A DNA stretch of 64,000 nt from an uncultured Rhodospirillales bacterium. GTDB lineage: Bacteria > Pseudomonadota > Alphaproteobacteria > Rhodospirillales > JAPHRK01. This document shows, piece by piece, positions 47,249 to 57,555 of the stretch (its first letter is position 1; each line of letters opens with the position of its first letter). The notes beneath the pieces are model-generated. The model made no database searches. It saw only the letters and a list, made by a program, of their open reading frames with translations, and was not told where the DNA came from. The stretch is from contig CBDUMN010000003.1 in NCBI GenBank assembly GCA_965368335.1, forward strand, positions 1,586 to 65,585, written 5' to 3'. A program made the position numbers and the translations under genes.

Positions 47249-48766
47249 CTATTTCAGCAGCTCCGGATAGCGGCGCAGCATCCCAGTTGAAATGCGGGAG
47301 AGCAAGCCGACATGGTAGGGATCGGCAACTTGTCGATATTCAGCCTGCATATCATCTTCTTCCCGACTAGGCTCAACGCCATCTAAACGATCCATCATTT
47401 CAACAACTGCTTCACGCAATTCTTCCGACGTATTATCAACCACCTCAACCCCGTAACGCTCCAAGAACAATGGCTCGGTAGCCCCGAAAAGCGGGGCCTT
47501 GAGGCTCTCTGTCGTGCTCATAAGTTCACCCGTATCCTTTTTCTTTAGGAGTTTGGGCACGAACATATCTCCACTACAGAAAGGCCACCAGCCAAGCGGG
47601 AACCAGTTGGTCCCAAGACTCGGGACGCCAAAATTCGGCGGCAAGGCGCTCGGTCCAGAGGCCATACCTAAGAAAAACCGGCTTTCACCGATGAAAAATA
47701 CATCCATCCACTTTTCCCGGACATCGCCGCAGGCATGATCGATCACCCTATCCATTTTAGGTAAAGGCTCCATGGAAGGATCGCCAATACGGACAACCCA
47801 GCCGCCACGGCGAGTGATTTCCTCGATTGCAGGCAAGTAGCTCTCAACCTTGGCATTGCGGAAAACGTTGTTATTCCAGGGAACGTCTTCATCGAAGAAA
47901 CCGGCTTCACGCACATGCATGCTGACAAACCAAGCATCATCGGGCATGCCGCAATTTTTAAGAAAAGCGTAGCCCTTTTCCTTATGTTCTTCCTTGACCT
48001 TCAGAAGCGGCGGGCGTTTCTGCTTTTCCCATATTTCCTGAACCGCCCGGTGCGCCAGCATCCGATTCATCGTACGCCCGTCGGGCAATTCATAATAATC
48101 GGTATAGACCCAGTTATCGCGATATCTCGCAGATGCCTCGGCAATCTCCTCCTCACTAAAACAGACATCGATATGCTCTTGCCAATATTCAGCGAAGTCC
48201 TTGTTGACCAAGACATCGTTAGGCGCGAGCAAAACCGCCTTTTCCCCATCGATCAGACCAAGCTCCCGGCTTTTCAGATAAAGGTCCATGCGGTGCCCCA
48301 TTTCACCAAAAAAACGGCATATCAGCTTGTGGGGTTCAAGCAAATGGGTCACAGGCTCTTGCGCCTGATCCGACACCTGTCGCGCTTGCTGGTAAATCGC
48401 CGCATTGCCCCGGCGATAGAGGTCATAGGCATCCTCTTCCTGACCAATACGAAAGAGTTCATCGCCCAAATGGTAGATGAAATGTACTGATCCGGGCAAA
48501 GTCCTGATGGCGATCCGATAGATATCCGCAGCCATTTCCGGATATCCCTTAACCGTGCATATGCCTCCCAAACGCTCAAGGATGCTGCGCGTATATTCAT
48601 CCTTCTTGCCAAACGACAAAGCTTTTAAGAGATACGGCTCACCATGAATGAAGGTTTTGCGAATTGCCGAAAGATACAGCCCCATCCTGGCATTGCTCTC
48701 ATAGCCATCTGGGTCTTTTTCATAGAGCTCGAAAAGCTCGGTTGGATTTTCATTAATGAGGGACAT
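47249..48766 (-). CDS. helical-repeat N-terminus plus putative glycosyltransferase-like C-terminal domain (uncharacterised family)
   Basis: 505 aa with a TPR-like helical N-terminal ~130 aa. The C-terminal pattern (WFVSMHVREAGFF...FRNAKVESYLPAIEEITRRGGWVVRIGDP...FFLGMASGP) recalls, from memory, an uncharacterised 'putative glycosyltransferase' family. Not verifiable here. Confidence 0.4.
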   Translation of the reverse strand: MSLINENPTELFELYEKDPDGYESNARMGLYLSAIRKTFIHGEPYLLKALSFGKKDEYTRSILERLGGICTVKGYPEMAADIYRIAIRTLPGSVHFIYHLGDELFRIGQEEDAYDLYRRGNAAIYQQARQVSDQAQEPVTHLLEPHKLICRFFGEMGHRMDLYLKSRELGLIDGEKAVLLAPNDVLVNKDFAEYWQEHIDVCFSEEEIAEASARYRDNWVYTDYYELPDGRTMNRMLAHRAVQEIWEKQKRPPLLKVKEEHKEKGYAFLKNCGMPDDAWFVSMHVREAGFFDEDVPWNNNVFRNAKVESYLPAIEEITRRGGWVVRIGDPSMEPLPKMDRVIDHACGDVREKWMDVFFIGESRFFLGMASGPSALPPNFGVPSLGTNWFPLGWWPFCSGDMFVPKLLKKKDTGELMSTTESLKAPLFGATEPLFLERYGVEVVDNTSEELREAVVEMMDRLDGVEPSREEDDMQAEYRQVADPYHVGLLSRISTGMLRRYPELLK

Positions 48767-49085
48767 AATAATTCAGGTCAAATGAGCCTCTATCTTTTTA
48801 TATCCTGCCGCTTTCCAAAATATTAAAGCTATCTTCCCAGGGGCAAGGCTCATAAACGGAGACCTCATTGTGCAGGCATTTTCCTAAGGTCAGGCCCCAT
48901 TAATTTGATCCATTCCGCGCCCTGTCTCCTTGCCCTCGGCTAAATCGAATGAACAGAATTGCATCAGATTAATTGAGTCCTGACCCTAATATTAAATTTC
49001 CATCTGCAATACTCCGCCTAAGAGTTCGTTAAGAACAAACGGGCAAACTCGACATAATGGTAACTATGGCATTACGCGTCGCCGC

Positions 49086-50276
49086 ATGATCTCTCTTGAC
49101 CCTCTCCATCAAGCTTTGCGCAACAATCCTTCCGACCAATCCAATTGGATAAAACTTGGATTGGCCTTACTGCAGCTTGGTTGGCGTCAAGAGCTATTCA
49201 AACTCTGTCAAGTCCGCCAGGACCAATTCGGCGACGGTCCCCTTCTGTTGTTTACGATGCTCAACCATGCATCGACCCCTCAACTGAAACGCCGGATAGT
49301 CCAAATGGCCAATGATTCTCCGGCAGGGACACCGCTCACCATTATTTTTGATTTTTTCGCCGGTTGCCTCACACTGCTTGAAGGTAATCCTCGCAGTGGA
49401 TTTAGCTTTTTAGATAAAGCCGCCAGGAGTGCGGTCAATTTTGGAAGCCTGTTTCGGGATCACGAAAAGCTATCGAACATTATCATCCAACATTTTTTGA
49501 TCAGGCCGCCTGCTGATGTAGCCGAAACGGACCTTTCGTGGCCCCATACCGAACTCCCCCCTCTTGAGTGGGGAACGTCGGCACAGCAGCATCAAAAAAT
49601 CGAAAAAAATCTGGTCATCATGGCCTGCTGCAACGATACCTACCATCGTCGCTTTGGCGAGGAATTCATCAAAACTCTTTCGCCTTATGGCCACATCCAT
49701 ATCCACGTCGCCAACGCATCTGTAGAGATGCGGGAAGAATTGGAAAAGGATGCGGAAAATAAAGCCTTAAGCTACTCTTATGAAGACTCCGGTTCCCATG
49801 GAATCGGCCATTACTACGCCGTCATGCGGTTCCTCAACGCACGGGCGATTATGGAGTTCTTTAACCAGGATCTCCTTATTTTAGATATCGACTGCGAGAA
49901 AGTGTCGAACTTACCTGAACTCATCGAGGCCTCACAAAAGCACGATGTGAGCTATTTCAGAACCGGCAACTACATGCCCTGGCTCGACCACCACGCAGCT
50001 TATATGTATCTAGCGCAAACGGCCGGAGGACAAGCCTACGCTTCGCGCCTAAGGTCCTATATTGCCTCGAAACTAAACAAAGCCTGTTGGATGCTCGACC
50101 AATCATCCATGTGCTCTCTTTATAATTTTTATCTAAGCACCGATTTTCATGACGGGAAAACACCGGTCGATCTGCATACTTTCAAGCAGTCTGACGGATA
50201 CGATTTCTGGTCCTATTTTCAGCCAAGCGGAACTGCTGAAGAAAAATGGGAATATCGCCTACAAAAAAACGATTGA
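49086..50276 (+). CDS. hypothetical protein, possible GT-A-like nucleotide-sugar transferase
   Basis: 396 aa. The only hints are a central LVIMACCNDTY...LLILDIDCE (DxD-like) arrangement. The N-terminal ~60 aa look TPR-like. Confidence 0.3.
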   Translation: MISLDPLHQALRNNPSDQSNWIKLGLALLQLGWRQELFKLCQVRQDQFGDGPLLLFTMLNHASTPQLKRRIVQMANDSPAGTPLTIIFDFFAGCLTLLEGNPRSGFSFLDKAARSAVNFGSLFRDHEKLSNIIIQHFLIRPPADVAETDLSWPHTELPPLEWGTSAQQHQKIEKNLVIMACCNDTYHRRFGEEFIKTLSPYGHIHIHVANASVEMREELEKDAENKALSYSYEDSGSHGIGHYYAVMRFLNARAIMEFFNQDLLILDIDCEKVSNLPELIEASQKHDVSYFRTGNYMPWLDHHAAYMYLAQTAGGQAYASRLRSYIASKLNKACWMLDQSSMCSLYNFYLSTDFHDGKTPVDLHTFKQSDGYDFWSYFQPSGTAEEKWEYRLQKND

Positions 50277-50357
50277 TCGGAGGAAGAGGATTTCCCATTT
50301 CCGACAGACTCGGTCGCAGCCCATGGAATATATTGCTCGCACAAGCAAGAAACCCGC

Positions 50358-52280
50358 TCATGAGCCCCCCTTGCCAATTGGGCCAGGTCTCAGCCCCTCT
50401 CCATAATGTTTCCACATGGTTAAATACAGGGTTTCGAGGTTCCTGACCTTTGCAGTTGTATCGAACAAGGGGTGGGTTTTTCTGTTTTCAACAACACGAT
50501 ATTTTAGTTTCCGCAGCCGACCGATATCTTCAACGATTTCCAGAACAAGATTTTCATACGCCTCAAGATCAGACGCGATAAGTTCTTCCAAACCATGCGA
50601 ACAAAGAAGGCTCTCGGAAACTCTGGAAGCAAAATGGCTCCCAGCAATGGCGACGACCGGGATACCGGCCCATAAGGCGTCCGTTGTCGTGGTGTGCCCC
50701 GTATAGATCCGCGTATCGAGTGCCAAATCGGCCAAAGCAATACGCGCCAGATGCTCAGGCTTTGAAAGCTTATCGGCGAAAATCAAGCGATTGTCTTCTA
50801 TCCCTGCGGCCCGCGCCTGGGCCTTTAAGTTTTTTTCAGCTTCTCGGTTATGGCCGAACAGCCAAAGTACGCTTCCTTGAATTTGATGGAGCAAAGACAT
50901 CCAGACGGAAAACATCTGCCTGTCGATTTTATATGTCTGACAGAAGCAGCAAAATACCAATGCATTTTCCGGCAAACCCTGTGAAGCTCGACTTAGCAAT
51001 TGAGGGCCCACAGCCTGTTCATTATCGGTTGGCCAGTAGGTCCCCTCAAGATAAGCGGGGGCTTCCGTGAAGAATGGGACATCGCTGGCCGGGCAAACGA
51101 TGTCATCAACAAGTACGTAGTCGAGGAAATCCCCCCCACAGGTACCGGGATAGCTAAGATACCCTACCTGCAACGGGGCTGGCCGTAATGCACAAATTTC
51201 GAGTCGCGAGCCGTCCGTATGCCCCGTCAAGGCGATGAGGATATCAATACCGTCTCGATTGATCCGTTCCGCCGCTTCTCCATCGTTCAAACCAGCAACA
51301 TCGACAAAGCGGTCGCACGATGCGGTTATCGCTTGGCGGTGAGGACTTCCGTCATCGGGACCGAAAGAATAGGCAAACACCTCAAAAACATCCCGGTTAT
51401 GCTTGCCATAAAGGCCTGCCGTATTATGGGCGGTGGGGTGATCGTAAAAATTTCCACTCAAATAGCCGATCCGAAGTTTCCCTCCATGGAAGCCACTCTG
51501 GTTAAAGGAAACCCGCTGGCGAATGGGCGCCAATTTATCGACCATCTCCGTCGACCAAGCTTTGGCGACTTCCAAATTTCGCTCTGGATGTGCACTCCTG
51601 GCGATACTCATAAACGGCGTTTCTCCAGGGCGTTCGCCATCGGCCAGGGCCTTAACAGTTTGCTCTTCCATACGCGCCTCAACCTGTTCCATCTCCTCCC
51701 AGGAGCAGGTTTTCTGCAGAATATGGAAAAGTTGCGCAACGGCATCACGATCATCAGGCACACAGGAGACAACCTGATTCAGCATTTGCTTTGCTTCCCC
51801 AAAACGCCCGAGAAGCTCCAGGGCGCAGCCCCGATTGTAAAGGGCGGCGCAATTATCAGGAGCAAACTCAAGGGCTTTGTCAAACCGGCCAAGCGCCTTT
51901 TCTAGTTCCCCCATTTTGAGATAAACGCCACCCAGATTAAGATTTAATACAGGGTTCTCGGGGGCAAGACTCAAGGCCTCTTTAATAACGGACTCGGCAC
52001 ACGTAAGATCGCCACGGGCAATCAGGGTCAAACCGAGATTAACCGACGCTTCACTGAATGATGGATTAATCTCGAGCGCCCTACGATAATGTGCTTCTGC
52101 TTCGGCATACCTCCCCAAATCTGACAAGGCATTACCTAGATTGCTAGGCACAGCTGCCGATTGCGGCGCAAGCTCCATAATACGCTTTAACAGATGTATG
52201 GCCGCCTCCGCCTCCCCTGCGGCCCTAAGCGCGCTGGCCTTCTCAAAAAGAACCGCAAGATTGTCTTTCGGCATGTCCAT
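50358..52280 (-). CDS. TPR-repeat / GT41 (O-GlcNAc-transferase, SPINDLY-like) glycosyltransferase
   Basis: Roughly five to six TPR units in the N-terminal ~200 aa. The C-terminal GT41 hallmarks are LRIGYLSGNFYDHPTAHN, DGIDILIALTGHTDGSRLEICALRPAPLQVGYLSYPGTCGGDFLDYVLVD, and ALVFCCFCQTYKI. Confidence 0.8.
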   Translation of the reverse strand: MDMPKDNLAVLFEKASALRAAGEAEAAIHLLKRIMELAPQSAAVPSNLGNALSDLGRYAEAEAHYRRALEINPSFSEASVNLGLTLIARGDLTCAESVIKEALSLAPENPVLNLNLGGVYLKMGELEKALGRFDKALEFAPDNCAALYNRGCALELLGRFGEAKQMLNQVVSCVPDDRDAVAQLFHILQKTCSWEEMEQVEARMEEQTVKALADGERPGETPFMSIARSAHPERNLEVAKAWSTEMVDKLAPIRQRVSFNQSGFHGGKLRIGYLSGNFYDHPTAHNTAGLYGKHNRDVFEVFAYSFGPDDGSPHRQAITASCDRFVDVAGLNDGEAAERINRDGIDILIALTGHTDGSRLEICALRPAPLQVGYLSYPGTCGGDFLDYVLVDDIVCPASDVPFFTEAPAYLEGTYWPTDNEQAVGPQLLSRASQGLPENALVFCCFCQTYKIDRQMFSVWMSLLHQIQGSVLWLFGHNREAEKNLKAQARAAGIEDNRLIFADKLSKPEHLARIALADLALDTRIYTGHTTTTDALWAGIPVVAIAGSHFASRVSESLLCSHGLEELIASDLEAYENLVLEIVEDIGRLRKLKYRVVENRKTHPLFDTTAKVRNLETLYLTMWKHYGEGLRPGPIGKGGS

Positions 52281-52478
52281 TTATTGCTGCAGCCATTTTT
52301 CATTGTGTGATGAACAGCACAGCCCCATATTTGGCAAAATCCTATGATAATTAACGCAAAAGCAACCAAGCGCCTGTTAAGAATAAGTGTAATATCTTTA
52401 CCAGTTGCCCTGAAAGAGCTAAAATATCTTTTGGCTCAACGAGTTAATTGAAGGCTGGAAGATAGAGACGGAACCGCC

Positions 52479-53552
52479 ATGGACGTATTGACCGCCAGCA
52501 CCAAACAGACCAGTTTTGCACTTGCCCGCCTATTAACCCAGATGAGCGAGAGCCAAGAGGCGCGCATTAAAACCGAAATGCGCCCCATTGAAGCGAAGCA
52601 TGATAAACGGGTCCATAATGCAGAATTGCAGATGGATCGCTGGAAAAAGGTCAGCAAAGATATTGGCGAAGCTACGTCAACACTCGCAGGGAATATCAGC
52701 AACTTAAAATCAATCCGATCAAAACTCGACGGACTGCTCTCAGCCGTCAACAAAGCCGACCAGCGGGCCTCAGACCCCAGCTTTAACCCTGATGGGTATG
52801 CAGCCTCATTCGACGCTCTTATGAAAAGCATTTCCTCCAGTACGGAAGACTCCGGGCGCGACGTCAATCTGATCGGAAAACGCAAAGTCTCACTTGAATA
52901 TCCAACCGATATTTATGGCCGTAAAGAAGAGGTTGGGAGCGTTTCTCTGGATAGCGACTATTACATCATCGATAACGATGGCGGGCGCTGGGTTCTTGAT
53001 CGGCAAGCCGGAAATCTTAAACGTTATACCGATTATCCAAATGGCGCGACGAGTTCTGTCGGCAGCTTTCCAACGGGCATTCAGTTAGACAGCATCGATT
53101 CAGACGACAACCTCACTTTTACCATTGCTCCAAATACGGCATCCCCAGAAACTTTTTCCGGGACGCTCTATCGTAGCGGACTTAACATTATGGATTCATG
53201 GTACTATGAGGGGCTTTCAACGGCGGATGCGCGAAATGCCGCAATTAGTGACATTCATTCTGCACGCAAAGCTATAAAGCTCGAAATTGCGCGATACGAA
53301 AGCCAGTTCTCTCTGGCTCAGTTCTATGAAGAACGCGCCAACGGCGAGGTCGGAGGCCTACGGGAAGATAAGAACGAAGCCTTGTTAGCCAAAGCAAAAG
53401 AGGTGGGAAAAGCCAAAGAAAAACTCATCCGGGAATTTCAAGCAGCGCAAGACGCCATCCAGATGTCGACGATACTTAAAAGAGAATATGCATCTTTTCT
53501 CAAACCAACGGCCAACACGCTGGGTCGGCAACTGATCAGCATCTTAAGTTAA
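52479..53552 (+). CDS. hypothetical protein with degenerate flagellin-like termini
   Basis: 357 aa. The helical N-terminal ~110 aa, a Ser/Thr/Asp/Gly-rich middle and a helical C-terminus parallel the flagellin at 60394-61311. YAASFDALMKSISSSTEDSGRDVNLIG matches EYSDQLKELAVQIEKLVSDATYQGLNLLN. FSLAQFYEERANGEVGGLREDKNEALLA matches LQVRADFTEEYIGTLETGAGKLTVADLNEEGANLLA. Confidence 0.4.
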   Translation: MDVLTASTKQTSFALARLLTQMSESQEARIKTEMRPIEAKHDKRVHNAELQMDRWKKVSKDIGEATSTLAGNISNLKSIRSKLDGLLSAVNKADQRASDPSFNPDGYAASFDALMKSISSSTEDSGRDVNLIGKRKVSLEYPTDIYGRKEEVGSVSLDSDYYIIDNDGGRWVLDRQAGNLKRYTDYPNGATSSVGSFPTGIQLDSIDSDDNLTFTIAPNTASPETFSGTLYRSGLNIMDSWYYEGLSTADARNAAISDIHSARKAIKLEIARYESQFSLAQFYEERANGEVGGLREDKNEALLAKAKEVGKAKEKLIREFQAAQDAIQMSTILKREYASFLKPTANTLGRQLISILS

Positions 53553-53563
53553 TCATCCAACAA

Positions 53564-55546
53564 TCAAACGTCTGAGCGGGAAGCGGTTTTTTTTATCTGC
53601 CTTAAAAAAGCCTGTGCCTCTTTAAATATTTCTCCCGCCAACACATCGAACCGCCCCAGAAAAAAACAGAAATAAGCTGTTCGATCTTTGTCGCTGGCTA
53701 TTCGGGAACCGCGATAGGTGCCTAAACGTGCCAAAGACAACAGCGACCCATGCACTAATCTCACTACGCCCCGGAATTTATCTCCTCCTTCCCCTAAAAC
53801 AGCCTCAACCTGCCGCTGCAAGGCAATATATTCTTGGGGAGGATTAGTTGAGATGGAATTGTGAAGGGCATCATAAAGCGCATCACATGCCTCAATATGA
53901 CCATCAAAATCGGTATCACGCAAAAATTCAGCTGGCGTAAAATATCTCAAACTCATTTCCAGTTCTGAAATAAGTGTCTTTTGCGATATATCGCATATCT
54001 GAAAATCCAGGGTATTTGAGGCTAATGACTTGGCGCCATCAACCCGCGCCCCCCAACTACAGTTCGTCACATCAAGATTTTTTGTTCTGATAAGTTCCGT
54101 GATGGTCCGTCGGGAGAGATCATAATAAGCAGACGTAGCAATCTCACCGCCAAAATTGCCGGGCACAAGGCGGGTAAATTCGCCTTCAAGATATTCATGC
54201 CCCTCGCCTTCAATAAAATTGTCATAGCCCTTTTCATAATAGACTGCGTCTTTGGAATGATGCAGTCCTCCTTGCACCCGACCACAATCGACGCCAAACA
54301 TGACAAACCTCTTAAATCCAAGGCTCGACATCGCCGCCAATGCCGCATTGGCAACCAGAGGACCGGCGTAGGCAACAGGCTCCCACTTTGATGCAAGAAC
54401 GTGGGCGGGACTGAGCGTTGAACGGAAGTAATACCAAACCCGCTCAAACATTTCACTGGCCTCCCGGTTAACGGTAGCCGAGGCGATAAGAGTGATCCCT
54501 TCAAAGCCGAATTCATCTTGGAAGGTCTTCAAGTTTTGAACGAGAGGATAAGAATTTTCGTTCTCTATATGGAAATCTGGTCTGATCCCATTTTTGAGCA
54601 AAACGCCTAAACTACTGCCACAACTAACAACCAGCGCCCCTTTGCGGAGCTTAGCGATATCCTTAAGATCATTATCCAGAGAAGGCCCCGAACCGACGAT
54701 GAAAACCGTCTCATCCCTAGTTGCAGAATTGCTCCCTTCTAAAAGACGGACGCTTCCGGTCGCCAGATTATCGACCGCATTCTCCATCATCATTTTTTCG
54801 TCGCCAAAATGACCGGGGCGGATTAGGAAATTCCCAATTCTTTCATTCAGTATTTTCCGGCATTCAATCACTTGCCAGGACGGATAATGAATAAAGGCAA
54901 AGGTCCCATCGATAAAACGCGCAGCTCCCGAATGTATAATGAGCGCCTCAGCTTCAAGCATAAACCGCTCCGGCGTCAGTCCAATTTTAAAGTGAAGAGC
55001 CGTTCCCTGGTCTTCTGCCTGTTTAAACACCTTTTCCCAGTCAAGGGCGTACATTGAATGCTTAACGAACTCCGGCACCGGCTCGACCACAACCATCTGT
55101 TCAGCCCTGCATTGCTCGAGAAGCATCGGAATGTGGTAGCCGAGTCCCAGACCAAAAACGAAAGCAATACCGACATCGCTCACAGGAAAGTCTTCGGAAA
55201 TCCCAATCCCATTTTCTTGAGCAAACCGGTCTAACTCTTCAGCGAGCCTAAATGTCAAGGAGGGCTGGCTATCATCCAGCGGGTCGGGGATTTTCAAACG
55301 ATCCGGGCTGGAAAGGTAAGCCGCAACCTGTTTGGTTACATAGGATTTCGCCGCCTCCGGATACAGCTCTACACCGGCAACTTTTAAATTTACCGCCTCA
55401 CCGCCTTGATAAACAACTTGTCCACCTTGGCCACCGTTTCCCGATAAAGATCGCAAAACATGTGGATGTGCCCTGGCAAACGCCTGGAGATTTCTCGAGT
55501 AGAGCGAGGCTGCCTTTATGTCATTCGGGCCCGACACCGGCAACAC
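53564..55546 (-). CDS. maf: motility accessory factor Maf (DUF115/MptE-like putative flagellin glycosyltransferase), copy 1
   Basis: The central Maf signature is VFIVGSGPSLDNDLKDIAKLRKGALVVSCGSSLGVLLKNGIRPDFHIENEN, followed by MFGVDCG. The annotated GTG 55546 may be replaced by GTG 55537 (GAGGG 7 nt upstream). Confidence 0.85.
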   Translation of the reverse strand: MLPVSGPNDIKAASLYSRNLQAFARAHPHVLRSLSGNGGQGGQVVYQGGEAVNLKVAGVELYPEAAKSYVTKQVAAYLSSPDRLKIPDPLDDSQPSLTFRLAEELDRFAQENGIGISEDFPVSDVGIAFVFGLGLGYHIPMLLEQCRAEQMVVVEPVPEFVKHSMYALDWEKVFKQAEDQGTALHFKIGLTPERFMLEAEALIIHSGAARFIDGTFAFIHYPSWQVIECRKILNERIGNFLIRPGHFGDEKMMMENAVDNLATGSVRLLEGSNSATRDETVFIVGSGPSLDNDLKDIAKLRKGALVVSCGSSLGVLLKNGIRPDFHIENENSYPLVQNLKTFQDEFGFEGITLIASATVNREASEMFERVWYYFRSTLSPAHVLASKWEPVAYAGPLVANAALAAMSSLGFKRFVMFGVDCGRVQGGLHHSKDAVYYEKGYDNFIEGEGHEYLEGEFTRLVPGNFGGEIATSAYYDLSRRTITELIRTKNLDVTNCSWGARVDGAKSLASNTLDFQICDISQKTLISELEMSLRYFTPAEFLRDTDFDGHIEACDALYDALHNSISTNPPQEYIALQRQVEAVLGEGGDKFRGVVRLVHGSLLSLARLGTYRGSRIASDKDRTAYFCFFLGRFDVLAGEIFKEAQAFLRQIKKTASRSDV

Positions 55547-57515
55547 CCTCTATCTTATCACGCCCTTCCGCCATTTGCCCGAGTACGTTACGGGTATCAT
55601 CGACCATCAGCTCAACTTTTTCCTTATAGGCCCCCATAAAAAAGCGGAGGAAAGCCAAACGGTCGTCTTGGTTAGCGATCCGCGTTCCGGCAAAAGCCCC
55701 AACCCGGATCATTGATACCAAGCTTGATCTGATAATAGAGAGAATACCCCGGCAGGGGGCTTCCAGGCGATCACGGAGGGTGATAATCCGGTGATGAAAA
55801 TCCCAAAAACTTTCATCCTCCCCGAAAGCCTCATCCATCGCCTTGAGAAATTCGTCCTCAAAAAGATCACATTTGGCGACAAGGTCATCGAGATCAAGAC
55901 CCGACAAATATTCTCCAGCAGGAAATGAGGGTAACGTCTGTGCAATACGGTTGATTAGCTGGGCCTGATACCCTTCAGGTCCATGAAAGGTCAGAGCCGA
56001 CGCGGCTTTAGGGGCAGCTCCATCTATCTTTGCACCATCACTGCAATTGACAACTTTGACATCGGATCGCTGGCATAAAGGGCCAAAACTAGCCCGCGAC
56101 ATGTCCAAATACCATGTCGTTAAGGCCTCACCACCAAAGTTGGCGGGGACAACACGGTCAAACTCATTCTCTAATAGCTCAAAACTTTCGCCTTCAAGAT
56201 AATTGTCATAATCGTCTTCATAATAAATCGCTTCACCTGCATGGTGGCCATGCTCGGTCCGTCGCCCGCAGTCCACTCCAAAGAAATAGAAATTACGGAA
56301 CCCAACGCTCAGCATAGCGGCCATCGCCGAATTGGCGACAAGGGGGTCGGCCCCTAAAAGAGGCGCAAGCCCTCGATTGAGAGAGGCTGTACAGCTCAAC
56401 CCCGTACGATAATAAAACCATCTTTTGTCAAAAAGTTTTCCAGCTTCAGGGTTTACCGATGTTGAGGCCACATAGGTAATGGGTGAAAGATCGTACTTTT
56501 TCGAAAAATTCCTGAGGTTCTCGACCAAAGGCCATGAATTTTCATTTTCTCCATGAAAATCCGGAACAATTCCGTTTTTCAAAAGAATCCCTAGACTGCT
56601 TGTCCCACAAGAAAAAACGATGGCCTTATTGCGCCATTTTTTGACAACGTCCAAATCCTTATCCAACGACGGTCCAGAACCCACAATGAAGACGGGTTGC
56701 TCTCTCTGAACGACCGGTTTTCGCTGGAGAAAGGAAAGCGGAAAACGATGCAGATTGCCGTAGGAGTTTGTCATCATCAGCAATTCATCTTCATAAAAGC
56801 CAGAAGAGATATAACTGACTGCAATCCTTTCATTGAGCAATCTGCGGGCTTCAAGAAGCTCCCAAGAGGGGTAGTGTATATAGGCGTAAGATCCCTCGAT
56901 AAAAGTTTTCCCGTCATCCCAAATATACCGTTCAATACTACGCACGATAACGGCAGGCGGCGCCCCTACGATAAAGCGCACCTCCACTGACTGCGCGTCT
57001 GCCGCTTCAAAAAAATCCGCCCAGTCGAAGACCTCAAATGAAGCACGAAGCAAAGCCGGTTGCGGCTCAATAAGAACCATGACCTTCGCTTTGTTATTTT
57101 CAAGCAGCAGCTTTAGGTGATGCCCAAGGCCAATACCAAAGACAAAGCAAAAACCGATATCAACAAGAGGATGGGAACTGACTTCTTCCCCATAATCGTT
57201 GGCGATGTAATCCCTGACCTTCGAAAGTAGATCTTTTGATATGGGTGATAAATTGCAATAGGCGGGGCTGGCGAAACCAATGCGATCCGGATCGTCAAAA
57301 TAGTTTTCAACCTGTTTCTGACTGCAGCCGACAGCAGGTTCCTGATAAAGCAGAGTACCGCCGATACTTACATCGACGGCCTCCCCTTCTTCATAAACAA
57401 TCGATACATCCGGTGAGCGCCGTTCTTCCCCAAGACGCCAGAGGTCAGGAGATCGCGTTTGAAAAATTTGTCTGTTTTTTTCAAATAAAGTTAGGTCGCC
57501 AGCTTGATTGTTCAT
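55521..57515 (-). CDS. maf: motility accessory factor Maf, copy 2 (tandem paralogue)
   Basis: VFIVGSGPSLDKDLDVVKKWRNKAIVFSCGTSSLGILLKNGIVPDFHGENEN and FFGVDCG. It is collinear with copy 1 along the whole length. Confidence 0.85.
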   Translation of the reverse strand: MNNQAGDLTLFEKNRQIFQTRSPDLWRLGEERRSPDVSIVYEEGEAVDVSIGGTLLYQEPAVGCSQKQVENYFDDPDRIGFASPAYCNLSPISKDLLSKVRDYIANDYGEEVSSHPLVDIGFCFVFGIGLGHHLKLLLENNKAKVMVLIEPQPALLRASFEVFDWADFFEAADAQSVEVRFIVGAPPAVIVRSIERYIWDDGKTFIEGSYAYIHYPSWELLEARRLLNERIAVSYISSGFYEDELLMMTNSYGNLHRFPLSFLQRKPVVQREQPVFIVGSGPSLDKDLDVVKKWRNKAIVFSCGTSSLGILLKNGIVPDFHGENENSWPLVENLRNFSKKYDLSPITYVASTSVNPEAGKLFDKRWFYYRTGLSCTASLNRGLAPLLGADPLVANSAMAAMLSVGFRNFYFFGVDCGRRTEHGHHAGEAIYYEDDYDNYLEGESFELLENEFDRVVPANFGGEALTTWYLDMSRASFGPLCQRSDVKVVNCSDGAKIDGAAPKAASALTFHGPEGYQAQLINRIAQTLPSFPAGEYLSGLDLDDLVAKCDLFEDEFLKAMDEAFGEDESFWDFHHRIITLRDRLEAPCRGILSIIRSSLVSMIRVGAFAGTRIANQDDRLAFLRFFMGAYKEKVELMVDDTRNVLGQMAEGRDKIEGVAGVGPE

Positions 57516-57555
57516 CTCTCAAACTAGCCGTAAACCGGCTTTGCCATTAAGCAGA

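Noticed and set aside
49067-49082. TGGCAT-TACGC-GTCGC upstream of ORF 49086.
   Set aside because: The GC of the -12 element is displaced by 1 bp and the element ends 4 bp before the ATG, which is incompatible with a functional promoter.
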